Assembly: GCA_030697795.1 (NCBI GenBank) | Contig: JAUYOV010000004.1 | Span: forward strand, 144,403 to 208,402 | DNA from: a bacterium | GTDB lineage: Bacteria; Patescibacteriota; Minisyncoccia; JACQLN01 | Reading direction: 5' to 3' | Length of the DNA: 64,000 nt | Shown here: positions 19,347 to 30,187 of the stretch, piece by piece | Position numbering within the stretch: position 1 is the first letter of the stretch | Layout of the letters: each line of letters starts with the position of its first letter | Made by a program: the position numbers and the translations under genes | Notes under the pieces: model-generated | Databases searched by the model: none | Told to the model about the DNA's origin: nothing | Seen by the model: only the letters and a program-made list of their open reading frames with translations

Positions 19347-21611
19347 TTAAAATAATTTTATAAGTTCATTTATTGTATTTTCTATAGAAAATTTTTGGGC
19401 TTTTATTTTGGCTTTTTCAGCAATATTTTTTCTAAAATCTTTATTATTATCCAACTTATTTATGGCGTTTAAAAATTGTGCCTTATTGTTCGGTTCCACC
19501 AATAGCCCCTCAACACCATTTTCCACAATCTCCGCCAGATTGCCGATGTTAGTGGCAATAACAGGCACGCCCAAACTCATAGCTTCCACAATTTGAAAAG
19601 AAAAACTTTCAAAAGAGGTGTTAAGCATAAATATATCGGCTTCACTAATTTTTTGCATCAATTCATCTCTTGGAATTTGGCCCAAAAGTCCCACTCGATC
19701 TTGTAATCCAAGATTTGAGACTTGAGATTTGAGATTTGCATGTTCCGGACCGTCCCCGGCAATTATAAGTTTCCATTCCGGCAAATCTTTCATCAATTCA
19801 ATCAAAAAACTAAACCCCTTCCACGGCACCAACCTTCCTGCAGAGATAATAGTTTTTGGAGTTTGAAATTTAGAGTTTGAGGTTTGTTTCGGATTTCGGA
19901 TTTCGGATTTCGGATTTTCTAATTTAATGCCATTATATATCGTAACCACCCTATCTTTATTCTGGACCCATCCTCTCACCAAATCGCGAAAATAATTGCT
20001 AGGGGTAATAACAATATCAGCACTGCCAACCACAAACTTTTGAATACTTCTTAAAAATTCTATTTTCCACCCATATTTTTTATTTTGAAAAATGTCTATT
20101 CCCTCTTTTACTCCAAAACGCTGTACAGATTGTTCCCAAACATAATCCCCTGGCACTCTGATTATAAATTTCCTGCCAGACAATTTGGTAGCGAGCATTG
20201 ACGGCAAGCCAACACTGATAGTATCTTGAGCCAAAACAAAATCATGTTGCCAACACAAACGTAAAACTTTAAAAAAATAAAATAAATGACGAACCCCTTT
20301 GGGCCAATTTCTTACGACCCTAAAGGGTAACACGGATACACTAATACCTCGCTTAGGTAACTCTTTTTCAAGTAAAACAGCATACGTGGCCGGCCCGCCG
20401 ATTTCGGGCGGATAAATACCTGTCGCTAATAGTAACTTTTTTTTAGGCATTTTCTCCATAATTTGCTTCATTCTTACCGATATATTTTCCCACGAATAAT
20501 TTTCTTCAACAGTTTTTCTACCATTCTCCGACAACTCGTGAGATAATTCCGCATCGTTTAGTATTGTGGTTATTTTTTTAGATAAATCATCTGGATCGTC
20601 AACTTGGCAAAATAATCCGTTAACATTATTGATCAAAAAATCAGGTATGCCTCCAACTTCAGTGCCAATAACCGGCAAACCGGCCGCCATAGCTTCTAAA
20701 AAAGAATTGCCTAGTCCCTCTGATCTGGAGGGGCGTACAAAAAGATCTGCTTGGTAAAGATACTTCGGAATCAGATCAGGATCAACATGCCCGACGAATT
20801 TTACTTGATCAACAATACCTAAATCCTTAGTTAACTTCTCTAAATTTGACCTATCTGGACCATCGCCGACAATTAGTAATTGATAATTAGTAATTGGTAA
20901 TTGGGCGCAAGCCCTAATAAGAATATCTACCCCATTTTTATAAACCAATCGCGAAGTGGTAATAATTATTTTGACATTTGGATTTTTAGTTTTATTTAGA
21001 AATTGGGAATTAGAAATTAGAAATTTGGAAAGATCTACTCCATTCGGCACTACTTCCACCGGACAAATCGCACCGTACCGATGCGCAAAATCAGCCAAAT
21101 ATTTGCTTATGGTTTGAATATAATCCGCTTTTTTAAATATTTGCTTCCATAATGGATAAAATATTCCCACCCTTTTTAATATATGTTTTTCTGAATCGCC
21201 TTCTTGCAAAGTTAGCAAGAACGGAACTCTGGGGTTAAATAATTTAAAAAACAAAGCGCCAAAACCAGCATAAGCCGCCATAATAGACCAGATCAGTTTA
21301 TATTTTTTCTCGCGATGCAATCTGCGGGCCAAAAAAAATGCTTTAGCCGGAAAAAGTGATTTACCGCCCTTAACTCTATAAACACTAACATTACCTATGA
21401 CTTCATGATCCGCATGACTTCTATCAAACCGCAAAGTTATTAAGTCAAAATCAAAAGAATCACCCAAACGATCGGTGATTTCTTTTATGGCAATTTCAGC
21501 TCCGCCTACTAAGGGAAAGTAAGCTAGAGAAAAGATTAAAATACGAGGTTTTTTGGCATTATCCATACTAATAATGTAACCCATTACAGCAAGATAATAT
21601 AACACTAACAA
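19347..21611 (-). CDS. tandem double-domain GT4 glycosyltransferase (two GT-B modules fused)
   Basis: 754 aa. First module GGAEIAIKEI…SRSEGLGNSFLEAMAAGLPVIGTEVGG; second module GGPATYAVLLEKEL…SFESFSFQIVEAMSLGVPVIATNIG. The true start is possibly MDNAKK, about 45 nt inside. Confidence 0.7.
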   Translation of the reverse strand: MLVLYYLAVMGYIISMDNAKKPRILIFSLAYFPLVGGAEIAIKEITDRLGDSFDFDLITLRFDRSHADHEVIGNVSVYRVKGGKSLFPAKAFFLARRLHREKKYKLIWSIMAAYAGFGALFFKLFNPRVPFLLTLQEGDSEKHILKRVGIFYPLWKQIFKKADYIQTISKYLADFAHRYGAICPVEVVPNGVDLSKFLISNSQFLNKTKNPNVKIIITTSRLVYKNGVDILIRACAQLPITNYQLLIVGDGPDRSNLEKLTKDLGIVDQVKFVGHVDPDLIPKYLYQADLFVRPSRSEGLGNSFLEAMAAGLPVIGTEVGGIPDFLINNVNGLFCQVDDPDDLSKKITTILNDAELSHELSENGRKTVEENYSWENISVRMKQIMEKMPKKKLLLATGIYPPEIGGPATYAVLLEKELPKRGISVSVLPFRVVRNWPKGVRHLFYFFKVLRLCWQHDFVLAQDTISVGLPSMLATKLSGRKFIIRVPGDYVWEQSVQRFGVKEGIDIFQNKKYGWKIEFLRSIQKFVVGSADIVITPSNYFRDLVRGWVQNKDRVVTIYNGIKLENPKSEIRNPKQTSNSKFQTPKTIISAGRLVPWKGFSFLIELMKDLPEWKLIIAGDGPEHANLKSQVSNLGLQDRVGLLGQIPRDELMQKISEADIFMLNTSFESFSFQIVEAMSLGVPVIATNIGNLAEIVENGVEGLLVEPNNKAQFLNAINKLDNNKDFRKNIAEKAKIKAQKFSIENTINELIKLF

Positions 21612-21745
21612 ATTCTAAGCACTAAACTATAAATCCTAAACAAATTACAATACCCAAAACCCCAAACTGTTTTAAATTTGGTAAATTGGAATTTAGAATT
21701 TGTTTAGAAATTAGTAATTAGAAATTAGAAATTTAAGTTAAAGTA

Positions 21746-22540
21746 TTACTTTAACTTATCTATTTCATCCTGTATACCTGTTTGATCGGGCGATATTTTA
21801 AGCACTTCTTGGTAATATTTTAAAGCATTGGTTTTATCACCAGTATCTCTATAATAAGTAGCCAAACTTAATACCAAATTAATATCTTTGATTATACTTA
21901 TACCTTCCAGTAAAACTTTGGGCGCTTCTGACTTTTTAGCTGTATAAACATTTTTATAAAAATCAGCTAAACCCAAATAATAACCTACTTGGTAAGGATC
22001 ATTGGTAATGGCTTTTTTAAAGTTTAGTTCGGCCTTGGCATTATCATGCAAATAAAATCCATAGAGGTTGCCCAAATTGGCAAAAGAAAGCGCATTGGCC
22101 GGATATAAAACCCCAGCATATTCCCAAGCATCGCGCGTGCCTTCAAAATCGTTAAAAAACTTTTTTATAACCCCGACCGCAATCCAATCATCCACACCGG
22201 CATTTCCCATGGGCTTCGCAGTTAAGACCGCGGCCAGAACTTTCAAATCGCCACGTTTCTTTTCTATGGCGCCACCGCCTGGATCGCTAAAACCTTGACC
22301 AAAAATAACTTCGTTTAGCGGACGGCCGGTATATTTTGGAATTTCATTTATAGGTTTACCCAAAAAAGGGCTGGGTTCGTTGATTGGAGTTTCTTTTATA
22401 ATAGCATCGAAATTGTTGGAGTCTTGAGATGGTTGAAACGGTATTTCATCGCTTTTAAAAATATAATTGGCCACAATAATACCGACTAGGGCCAAAACAA
22501 CAGCCAAAATTATTAACAATTTTTTATTCAGCATAAACAT
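21746..22540 (-). CDS. membrane-anchored TPR-repeat protein
   Basis: N-terminal hydrophobic anchor LLIILAVVLALVGIIV; C-terminal TPR-like repeats (…ALKYYQEVLKISPDQ…). Confidence 0.5.
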   Translation of the reverse strand: MFMLNKKLLIILAVVLALVGIIVANYIFKSDEIPFQPSQDSNNFDAIIKETPINEPSPFLGKPINEIPKYTGRPLNEVIFGQGFSDPGGGAIEKKRGDLKVLAAVLTAKPMGNAGVDDWIAVGVIKKFFNDFEGTRDAWEYAGVLYPANALSFANLGNLYGFYLHDNAKAELNFKKAITNDPYQVGYYLGLADFYKNVYTAKKSEAPKVLLEGISIIKDINLVLSLATYYRDTGDKTNALKYYQEVLKISPDQTGIQDEIDKLK

Positions 22541-22578
22541 AACAAGATAGAATAATAACCGAACTTTTAATAAAAAAC

Positions 22579-22650
22579 AACCCCCTCACTCAATTTGAGT
22601 GAGGGGGTTACTAGTTTCTCTTCCGATCCGCCAGCTGGCGGATCGGAAGG
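22579..22650 (-). terminator. tandem intrinsic terminators after the giant surface-protein gene
   Basis: CTTCCGATCCGCCagcTGGCGGATCGGAAG (13-bp stem) and CCCCCTCACTCaatttGAGTGAGGGGG (11-bp stem), followed on the minus strand by TTGTTTTTTATT. Confidence 0.75.
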
Positions 22651-22671
22651 CACAAGTAAACTAGATTTAAC

Positions 22672-25600
22672 TTACTGCGTCAAGGTTAGAGTCTCGGTCA
22701 CACCGCCGTCAGTGTTGGAGAGACCGGACACCAAGAAACCGTTGAACCAATCGTAGGAGCTAACTGATTGGGCAGTGTTAGTGGAATTACCAGACCAAAT
22801 GAAATCATTGTCCGGCCAAGCATCCACATTAGCCGCCGTGGTAGCAAAGACATAACGACCAGTCGTGTAATTATCACCACTGCAGGTTATATCACCACCG
22901 CATACTTCAATATCAACACTATCATCAGCATATTCGCCATTATTCAGTGAAGCAAACTGGGCATCGCTCTGCATCTTAGCCACAATTGAAGGTGTGGAAC
23001 TCGCACCAGTAACATCGGCTTTCAACACAAAGTATCTGGTTTCTCCCGCCGGAATCGCAACCGCTTCAGCGGTAGCACTGGTTGGGTTGGCGGGGTTAAA
23101 GGTTATGCTGACAATCTGCTCGTTAGATCCACCCGCCGTGGTGCTGGCTATAGTAGAGAAGTCGGAAATACCAGTACCGTTAAGTAAACCACTGTTGTTG
23201 GTGTTGCCACAGGCAGGCACACTGAAACTGGCATCGCTATAACAGAACACTTGGTAGTTGGTCACCCGATAGTCAGACACAGGCGGATCTTCTGTATTAG
23301 GACCTTCGGGGAACTCCTGCAGATAACCGCTGACCGAAGTGGACACCGAGAAGGTAAACTTGTACAAGCTAATGCCGTTAGTGCTAGCCGGAGACAAAAT
23401 CTTAAACCGGTACAAGCTTTGCTCCGATAGGTTGGAAAACTTAGTGTTGGTTAAAGCCACTCTTTCCACTGTGGGAACAGCTTTGGCAATTCTAGCGCCG
23501 TTAGAAGCCGTGTCAGATCCGCCAGAATAAAGAGCAGTACCGGAAGATGCGCCTGTACCCTTCAATCCAAGATTAGTTTCATCATCCGATGACGCAGCAT
23601 CATGTTGCACCATAATCAAGTGCCCCGGGAAAGCACTGGTAACTGTACCAACAGTGCCAATATCACCTTTAACGGTTATAAGCATCTGGGTGTCTTTAGT
23701 AATGGTTAAATCAGCATCAGTAGCACCAAAACTAGTGCTAAAGGTGGTAGTAGCATAATCACTGCTAGTAAATGTGGCCTCACCGATTTTCTTAGCGCCA
23801 CTCCACAAAGTAACCTTGCTGATATCCGAAGGCGTATTGGAAGCCATAGTATCATTTGCATCCGTTGAAGAAGCAATCTGAAGACCCATTCTTTCTAGTT
23901 TTATATCCTCGTAAGTAGCATTGACTCTTAATACAGCCAGAGTTTGATCAGTCGCGCCAGCTTGCACCCATTTTAGAGCTGGGCTGGAAGAATCCAAAAC
24001 TACCGATACCGAACCGCCACTACGCAAGGTCATAGCCTGTCCGTTAGCCGTGGAAAGGGTTTCTGTAACTGCTTGACCCGATGTTTGGCCGGTAGAAGTT
24101 ATACTGCCTGCCGCACTGGTTACACCCAAACTAAATGTGGTTGTGCCCGCTGTAGCTTCCGCATCCACATTGCCTTTAACATCGCACTTTAAGGCAATCG
24201 TCTTGACCGAACCTTTGGGCGTAATTAAACCGCTGTCCAAGTTGAAGGTAAGATCATCACCCGTGGTTACGCTGTTAGCCGGGCTATTGGTATTACCACC
24301 TGTGGTCAGTGAGGTGTCACCGTCAAACAAGGCGCAACTCTGTAACTGGTCAAATGTATTGGCCGTACCGGTAACTCTCGTCTTAAACAAGGTGGTGCGA
24401 ATATCTTCGCCCGAAGCCGAAGCGTCAAAAACATAGTTGGCAAAAACGAAAGATTTGGAACCGGTAACTATATTTTGAGCTGATGGGGTCGGGGATACAG
24501 TTACTGTAAGCGCCGCCGCTTTCACTGTCATGGTATTTAAGGTAACAGCGCTAGCCGGACCGGGCGTAATGGAATTACCTGTAGTCTTGCCTCTGACAGT
24601 GCTCCAGTCGGAACTGGGTGTGGTGGAAGCCGACACTGTGTCGTTGCTCAAGAAATCCGTACCCATCTTACCCTTAATGGTGTAAGTGTTGGTGCCGATA
24701 GGGAAAGTAACCGTGTCGGTAAACTGAATACCGTTATTACCGCCAGCTACACCGTCTACCGGACCCGCCACTGTATTGCCGTTGCCATCCACCAAAGTAA
24801 TACTGGTAATGTCAACAGAATCAATAGCGCCTCCCACGCCAGCCGATTCAACCGTGGAAACATCAAAGTTCATGGATGCTACAGAAATTTCTTCGCCTTT
24901 TATTTCTACATCAAACCCGCCCAAAATCTGGTTGGAAAGATTAACCGCAACATTTTGCGCGGCTACCTTGCTAGATTTGGTTACGTTAATAGTGCCGTTG
25001 GAAATCGTAACTTCATAGCCATCATAGTTAGGATTAGCATCTTGGAAAGTGCCGTCATCATCCGTAGCTGAATCAGCAGAGTTACTGGCTGTTGGCAAAA
25101 TGTCATAACCGTAAACATTGCCAGCAACTTTAATATCAGCATATCTGTAAAGATCAAAGTCTACACCGCGACCGGAACCGCTAATAATATCGCCCTTAAT
25201 GTAGATGTCTTTGAACTCACCCTTAGCTAATTTCAAACCGGCATCGCCGAATTTAGCTGTAAAATACTTACCATCGCTGGAAACAGTATGGTCGTAGCAA
25301 TCACCGCCATCAATACAGGTTTTAACATTGGTTAAGTCGCCTGTAGCGGCTGAACCGGATTGATTCCATCTTATGGATTTAACTGTCATATCTTCCGATG
25401 AACCTGCCGAGAGTTTAATGGAAGCAAAAGTATAATTGGTCAAACCAACTTCTTTAGTGGGACTGGAACCGGGTTCTCGTGCACCTGTGGTCAAAGTCAA
25501 AGTGCCCACTGCTAGGGTAGAGTTAATCGTCATACCGTTACCAACGATTGGTAAAGTGCCATTAACCGTGGCCGAACCGGCATCCACCGCGATCAAACTT

Positions 25601-26451
25601 AAAGTGGCAATTTGGCCAGCATAAGCGTCTTGGTTGTTGTCGGAATCGCCGGCAAGGCTCATACCTCGCGTGGTGCCAGCTTTAACCACAAAGGGTTCGT
25701 TCAAAACAGCTTGGTGGTTGGAATTTAGTGTTTTGGAAGTACCGATTCTGGTGCCTGTTTCATCCAAAAGGATCAAACCGCTAAAGACTGCGTCTTGGGC
25801 TTGTCCAGTTCTTTCAATCGTTACCGATTTAACCGTAACATCGCCATCCGAAGAAGCTGTAAAGTTAATCTTGGTGAAGGGTCGGGAAGCAAAGCTTTCA
25901 CCGAAAAGACCCGCCGCCGCCGTATCACTTGCCAAAGCTACTGTTAAACCGCTACCCGCCGCGACTGGTGCGGTTGGCGTGGTTGCAGAAGGCGTGGTTG
26001 GCGTAACAGCAACAGAACCAGCCATAGAAGAATATTTAGCCCTTGAAATCGTACCAAAATAACCTGCGGCTGGGCTAACACCATTGGCAGATTGCCAAGA
26101 TGCCACTGCGGCTTTGGTTACATTGCCAAAGTAACCCGTAGCAGTAGCACTAAAATTCCCCATGGATTTTAAATAGTTTTGTAAGCACGTAACATCATCT
26201 CCGCGCGCGCCTACAGTTAATGCTCTAGTAAACGTACAGGCAGTTGCGCCAGCCGAACTAGAACCGCCCTGCAAAGCGATCAACTGTGCCTGAAGAGCTT
26301 GGATTTGCGACAGTAAAAGCGCAATCGTCTCCGCAGTTGTAGCTGCGCCAGCAGTAGGAACGCCTACGAGCCAAGCAAAAGTTGTTACCATCAAACCGAA
26401 AGAAACAACTTTGCTAGCGAGCTCACGGCGCTTGCTAGTAAAATAACTCAT
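22672..26451 (-). CDS. giant secreted/cell-surface protein with N-terminal peptidoglycan-binding-like domain and Thr/Ser/Gly/Ala-rich beta-repeat body (S-layer/adhesin-like)
   Basis: 1259 aa. N-terminus has a hydrophobic signal, then CTFTRALTVGARGDDVTCLQNYLKSMG…GYFGNVTKAAVASWQ (PG_binding_1-like). Strong SD AAGGAG 9 nt upstream. The gene looks more GC-rich than its surroundings, driven by T/S/G/A codons. Confidence 0.7.
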   Translation of the reverse strand: MSYFTSKRRELASKVVSFGLMVTTFAWLVGVPTAGAATTAETIALLLSQIQALQAQLIALQGGSSSAGATACTFTRALTVGARGDDVTCLQNYLKSMGNFSATATGYFGNVTKAAVASWQSANGVSPAAGYFGTISRAKYSSMAGSVAVTPTTPSATTPTAPVAAGSGLTVALASDTAAAGLFGESFASRPFTKINFTASSDGDVTVKSVTIERTGQAQDAVFSGLILLDETGTRIGTSKTLNSNHQAVLNEPFVVKAGTTRGMSLAGDSDNNQDAYAGQIATLSLIAVDAGSATVNGTLPIVGNGMTINSTLAVGTLTLTTGAREPGSSPTKEVGLTNYTFASIKLSAGSSEDMTVKSIRWNQSGSAATGDLTNVKTCIDGGDCYDHTVSSDGKYFTAKFGDAGLKLAKGEFKDIYIKGDIISGSGRGVDFDLYRYADIKVAGNVYGYDILPTASNSADSATDDDGTFQDANPNYDGYEVTISNGTINVTKSSKVAAQNVAVNLSNQILGGFDVEIKGEEISVASMNFDVSTVESAGVGGAIDSVDITSITLVDGNGNTVAGPVDGVAGGNNGIQFTDTVTFPIGTNTYTIKGKMGTDFLSNDTVSASTTPSSDWSTVRGKTTGNSITPGPASAVTLNTMTVKAAALTVTVSPTPSAQNIVTGSKSFVFANYVFDASASGEDIRTTLFKTRVTGTANTFDQLQSCALFDGDTSLTTGGNTNSPANSVTTGDDLTFNLDSGLITPKGSVKTIALKCDVKGNVDAEATAGTTTFSLGVTSAAGSITSTGQTSGQAVTETLSTANGQAMTLRSGGSVSVVLDSSSPALKWVQAGATDQTLAVLRVNATYEDIKLERMGLQIASSTDANDTMASNTPSDISKVTLWSGAKKIGEATFTSSDYATTTFSTSFGATDADLTITKDTQMLITVKGDIGTVGTVTSAFPGHLIMVQHDAASSDDETNLGLKGTGASSGTALYSGGSDTASNGARIAKAVPTVERVALTNTKFSNLSEQSLYRFKILSPASTNGISLYKFTFSVSTSVSGYLQEFPEGPNTEDPPVSDYRVTNYQVFCYSDASFSVPACGNTNNSGLLNGTGISDFSTIASTTAGGSNEQIVSITFNPANPTSATAEAVAIPAGETRYFVLKADVTGASSTPSIVAKMQSDAQFASLNNGEYADDSVDIEVCGGDITCSGDNYTTGRYVFATTAANVDAWPDNDFIWSGNSTNTAQSVSSYDWFNGFLVSGLSNTDGGVTETLTLTQ

Positions 26452-26546
26452 TTGTTTTTCTCCTTTTTTGATCTAAATGCGCCCAGACACCCCTGTAAAG
26501 AAGTCTCTAAACATATTTAAATCTCTTAATTAATTTCTAAAACTAC

Positions 26547-26750
26547 TTATAAATCAAATTTAATAACTAATAATCGGAGCCAAGTCATTTTCCCAAAAGG
26601 GAACCGACCTAACTTTCGAAACTCCATAAAACCAAAACTTAATTGGGATATAGAGCGATCTTTCAAAACTGAATAATAAATCTTTAAGAATTTCTGTATA
26701 TCAGATAGATATTCAATTGTTAAAGGGCTTGGCCTTTCAACGTTGCTCAT
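26547..26750 (-). CDS. hypothetical small protein (67 aa)
   Basis: ORF preceded by AAGGA about 9 nt upstream; no recognisable domain. Confidence 0.25.
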   Translation of the reverse strand: MSNVERPSPLTIEYLSDIQKFLKIYYSVLKDRSISQLSFGFMEFRKLGRFPFGKMTWLRLLVIKFDL

Positions 26751-27397
26751 TCATCACAATCCTTAATCCGCAACCATTTATTACTTCCGTTACATCTTTT
26801 TTCTTGGTTGAGAATTAAGAACCACGATATTTTTTAAAACTGCTTTCTAAAAACAACAAAACAGCCTTTTTAATTGGCCCTGAAATATTTATTTGGAAAA
26901 TTCATAGGTTACGCTCATTTAGCTTACCTGAAAGTATTTTACGCATCTAGCCCCTCTGTGTCAATAATTTATTTTAATTGAAGACAGTTTGATTTTTGTG
27001 TCAAAATGCGTTGCTTTACTAACAGGGTAAACCCCGTAAGACAACTTTGACCATTAAACCTAGTCGCCGACTAATCTAGTTAAGTGCCTTAACAATCAAA
27101 TTGCTTTTGGAACAAATACCCTATTTAACCATCGGTTTAATGAAAGGCGACTGTCAAAGTTGCTCTACGGGGTAAACAAAACGACATCAAGTCTCCGAAC
27201 CGCTGGCTAAACAGGAAACCCTGAACTTGTGTTAAAGACATTATACCATAAAGAAAATCGTGTCCAGCTTATGCCAACTGTGGAAAAAATAAGCTCCAGT
27301 GGAAAAAACCAAATGGCGTAAAACCTATATAATTTCAGAGTACTATGTCTAAACAATACTAACATACAAAGCAAAACCTTAAAACAACCTTGTTGTG

Positions 27398-27428
27398 GAA
27401 ATCCCCCGACGCAAGGTCGGGGGATTAT
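27398..27428. terminator. intrinsic terminator hairpin at the clpB 3' end (T-run is on the plus strand, so possibly bidirectional or terminating a plus-strand sRNA)
   Basis: TCCCCCGACgcaaGGTCGGGGGA followed by TTATTTTAT. Confidence 0.6.
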
Positions 27429-27429
27429 T

Positions 27430-30048
27430 TTATCTGATTGATATTTCTTCTTTGTTGTTTATATCGGCTTTAAAACTTTTATCCACTTTAGCCATGTCCT
27501 TAAATTCTAAAAGTTTTTGGGCTAGGGGATTAAGAATTAAAGTTTGGATCAACCTTTTTAATGGCCTCGCGCCATATATAGGATCAAATCCTCTTTTAGC
27601 TATATGTTCCCTAAGTTCAGCCGAAACTTTTAGCTTGATACCTTTATGGACTAGTCTCTTTTTAACTTCCTCAAGTCTTAAATCTATAATCTTCTCTATT
27701 TCTTCCTGGCCTAGGGCTTTAAATATTATTATCTCGTCTAGCCTATTTAAAAACTCTGGCCTAAAATGTTTTTTTAGAGTTTCCATTATTTTAGCCTCTA
27801 CTTCTTTAACTTCGTTTTCTTCGGCCTTACCATCGTTATGAGAAAAACCAAGCCCGTGATATTCGTTAACAATTTCCGTACCCAAATTAGACGTCATTAT
27901 AATAACAGTGTTTTTAAAGTTAACTTTTCTGCCTTTAGCATCGGTTAAATGGCCATCATCCAAAACTTGAAGCAAAGTATTAAACACTTCCGGATGAGCT
28001 TTTTCTATTTCATCAAAAAGAATAACGCTATATGGCTTTTTGCGAACTTTTTCGGTTAATTGCCCGCCTTCTTCATAGCCCACGTAGCCTGGCGGTGAGC
28101 CGACAAGCCTGCTCACGGCGTGTCGTTCCATATATTCCGACATATCCACTCTAATTAAAGAATTGGCATCATTAAACATAAATTCAGCGAGGGCCTTCGC
28201 TAATTCTGTTTTACCCACACCCGTTGGACCTAAAAATATAAACGAACCGATCGGTTTTGTGCTTTCGTTTAAACCGGTTCTGGCTCTTCTAATGGCATTA
28301 GCTATGGCTTCTACGGCTTTTCTTTGGCCAACAACTCGTTTAGCCAATTCTTCTTCCATACGGGTGAGTTTTTTAGATTCTTCTTCTAAAAGACGGCTCG
28401 TGGGAATACCGGTCCAACGGCTCACCACTTCGGCAATATCGTCTTCGCCTACTTCTTCTTTTAACAACCTATTTGTTTTTTCTAGTTCGCCAAATTTTTG
28501 AGAAGAATCTTTAACAGTTTTTTCTAGAGCCGGAATTTCCGAATATCTAATTTCGGCCACGCGCTCTAATTTGCCTTCGCGCTCCGCGATTTCAGCCTCC
28601 CCTTTTAAGCGTTCAATTTCTTTTTGAGATTGGCGCATCTTGGTGATAAGTTCTTTTTCGCGCAACCACTGTGCTTCCAAAACTTGGAATTTTTCTTTTA
28701 GGTTAGCTAATTCGTGTTTTATTTTCTTTTGCTTGTCGTTTGTACCCTTTTCTTTTTTTAGCGCCTCTTTTTCTATCTCCAATCTACGCAATTCGCGCGT
28801 TAACATATCCAATTCATCTGGCATAGAATCTATTTCCATACGCAAAGCCGAGGTAGCTTCGTCTATTAAATCCACCGCTTTATCTGGTAAAAAACGGTCC
28901 GAGATGTAGCGTTGCGATAATTCTACCGCCGCCACAATAGCCACATCGGTTATACGCACACCGTGATGCACTTCGTATTTTTCTTTAATACCGCGCAAAA
29001 TTGCTATAGCGTCTTCTTCGGAAGGCTCGCTAACTATTATAGGTTGGAATCTTCTTTCAAAGGCGGGATCTTTTTCTATATACTTTTGATATTCCTTTAA
29101 AGTGGTAGCTCCAATGGCGTGAAGTTCTCCGCGGGCCAAGGGCGGTTTTAATAAATTAGAAGCATCTACGGCGCCTTCGGCGCCGCCCGCGCCCACAAGG
29201 GTATGCAATTCGTCTATAAATAAAACTATCTTGCCTTCAGCCCGATTTACTTCTTTTAATATGGCTTTTAATCTTTCTTCAAATTCACCGCGAAACTTTG
29301 TGCCAGCCACAAGAGAACCAATATCTAAAGCCACAACTTCTCTGTCTTTTAAACTTTCGGGCACATCGCCCGAAACAATTCTTTGAGCCAAACCCTCTAC
29401 TATGGCAGTTTTACCCACACCAGCTTCACCAATTAAAACTGGATTATTTTTAGTTCGGCGCGATAAAACTTGCATCACGCGCCTAATTTCGGCATCTCGG
29501 CCAATAACTGGATCCAATTTTTCGCGCCGAGCCAAATCGGTTAAATTGCGCGTATATTTTTCTAAAGCTTGGTAAGTTTGCTCGGGTTCGGGTGAGGTCA
29601 CTTTTTCTTCGCCCCTTATTTCTTTTAAGGCGCGCAATATATGATCGCTCTTGACGCCGCCGTCTTCTAAAATTTGCTTGCCGCGCGAAGGCACGCTTAG
29701 CAAAGCTAAAAGCAAATGTTCGGTGGAAACATATTCATCTTTAAACTTAGCCGCTTCTTTTTGCGCTTGTTCAATTATTAAAGCCAGATCCTGGCTTAAA
29801 AAAAGTTGTGAAATTCCCCCGCCAATAACTTTGGGCAGCTTATTTAATTCTTGTTCAAGAACTTTTTCTATAGCCGAAACATCTACCTCTATTTTTCTTA
29901 AAATGGTAGAAACCAAACCTTCTTCCTGCCTTAACAGCGCCAAAAGCAAATGCAGAGAATTAATTTGTTCTCCGCCTTTTTCTTGAGCTAAAAAATGGGC
30001 TTTTTGAAAGGCTTCTTGGGCTTTAGTGGTAAAATTACCAAAGTTCAT
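27430..30048 (-). CDS. clpB: ATP-dependent chaperone ClpB
   Basis: 872 aa; Clp N-domain, two AAA+ modules (GEAGVGKT; [15 protein letters not shown]), long coiled-coil M-domain. Confidence 0.95.
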   Translation of the reverse strand: MNFGNFTTKAQEAFQKAHFLAQEKGGEQINSLHLLLALLRQEEGLVSTILRKIEVDVSAIEKVLEQELNKLPKVIGGGISQLFLSQDLALIIEQAQKEAAKFKDEYVSTEHLLLALLSVPSRGKQILEDGGVKSDHILRALKEIRGEEKVTSPEPEQTYQALEKYTRNLTDLARREKLDPVIGRDAEIRRVMQVLSRRTKNNPVLIGEAGVGKTAIVEGLAQRIVSGDVPESLKDREVVALDIGSLVAGTKFRGEFEERLKAILKEVNRAEGKIVLFIDELHTLVGAGGAEGAVDASNLLKPPLARGELHAIGATTLKEYQKYIEKDPAFERRFQPIIVSEPSEEDAIAILRGIKEKYEVHHGVRITDVAIVAAVELSQRYISDRFLPDKAVDLIDEATSALRMEIDSMPDELDMLTRELRRLEIEKEALKKEKGTNDKQKKIKHELANLKEKFQVLEAQWLREKELITKMRQSQKEIERLKGEAEIAEREGKLERVAEIRYSEIPALEKTVKDSSQKFGELEKTNRLLKEEVGEDDIAEVVSRWTGIPTSRLLEEESKKLTRMEEELAKRVVGQRKAVEAIANAIRRARTGLNESTKPIGSFIFLGPTGVGKTELAKALAEFMFNDANSLIRVDMSEYMERHAVSRLVGSPPGYVGYEEGGQLTEKVRKKPYSVILFDEIEKAHPEVFNTLLQVLDDGHLTDAKGRKVNFKNTVIIMTSNLGTEIVNEYHGLGFSHNDGKAEENEVKEVEAKIMETLKKHFRPEFLNRLDEIIIFKALGQEEIEKIIDLRLEEVKKRLVHKGIKLKVSAELREHIAKRGFDPIYGARPLKRLIQTLILNPLAQKLLEFKDMAKVDKSFKADINNKEEISIR

Positions 30049-30160
30049 ATGGGCTAGCTTGTTAGATTTTAGGATGTTAGGATATTAGTAATGCAAACTG
30101 GGGATTTAATACTCATTTTTTTCCTAATGCCTAGTATCTAACTCCTAACTCCCTAGTTAA

Positions 30161-30187
30161 TTATCACTCTAACTATCTAAGTGATAA
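30161..30187. promoter_or_regulatory. inverted repeat TTATCAC-N13-GTGATAA upstream of clpB (candidate operator; not CIRCE)
   Basis: ttatcactctaactatctaagtgataa read directly; about 113 nt upstream of the clpB start. Confidence 0.3.

Noticed and set aside
17257-21735. Possible CRISPR array among the TTTCTAA-type repeats
   Set aside because: The repeats are irregular, have no constant-length unique spacers, occur partly in-frame in coding DNA, and no cas genes are present.
22698-26062. Many 60-142-aa ORFs on both strands inside the giant surface-protein gene
   Set aside because: Alternative-frame artefacts of a long compositionally biased (T/S/G/A codon) gene; the 1259-aa frame has signal peptide, SD and terminators.
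26900-27250. RNase P RNA or tmRNA in the clpB / giant-gene spacer
   Set aside because: Partial resemblances (GGGTAAACCCC; GAACCGCTGGCTAA) could not be assembled into the conserved P4 / CR-I-V or tmRNA T-arm/tag architecture by eye; left as an unclassified structured-RNA candidate.
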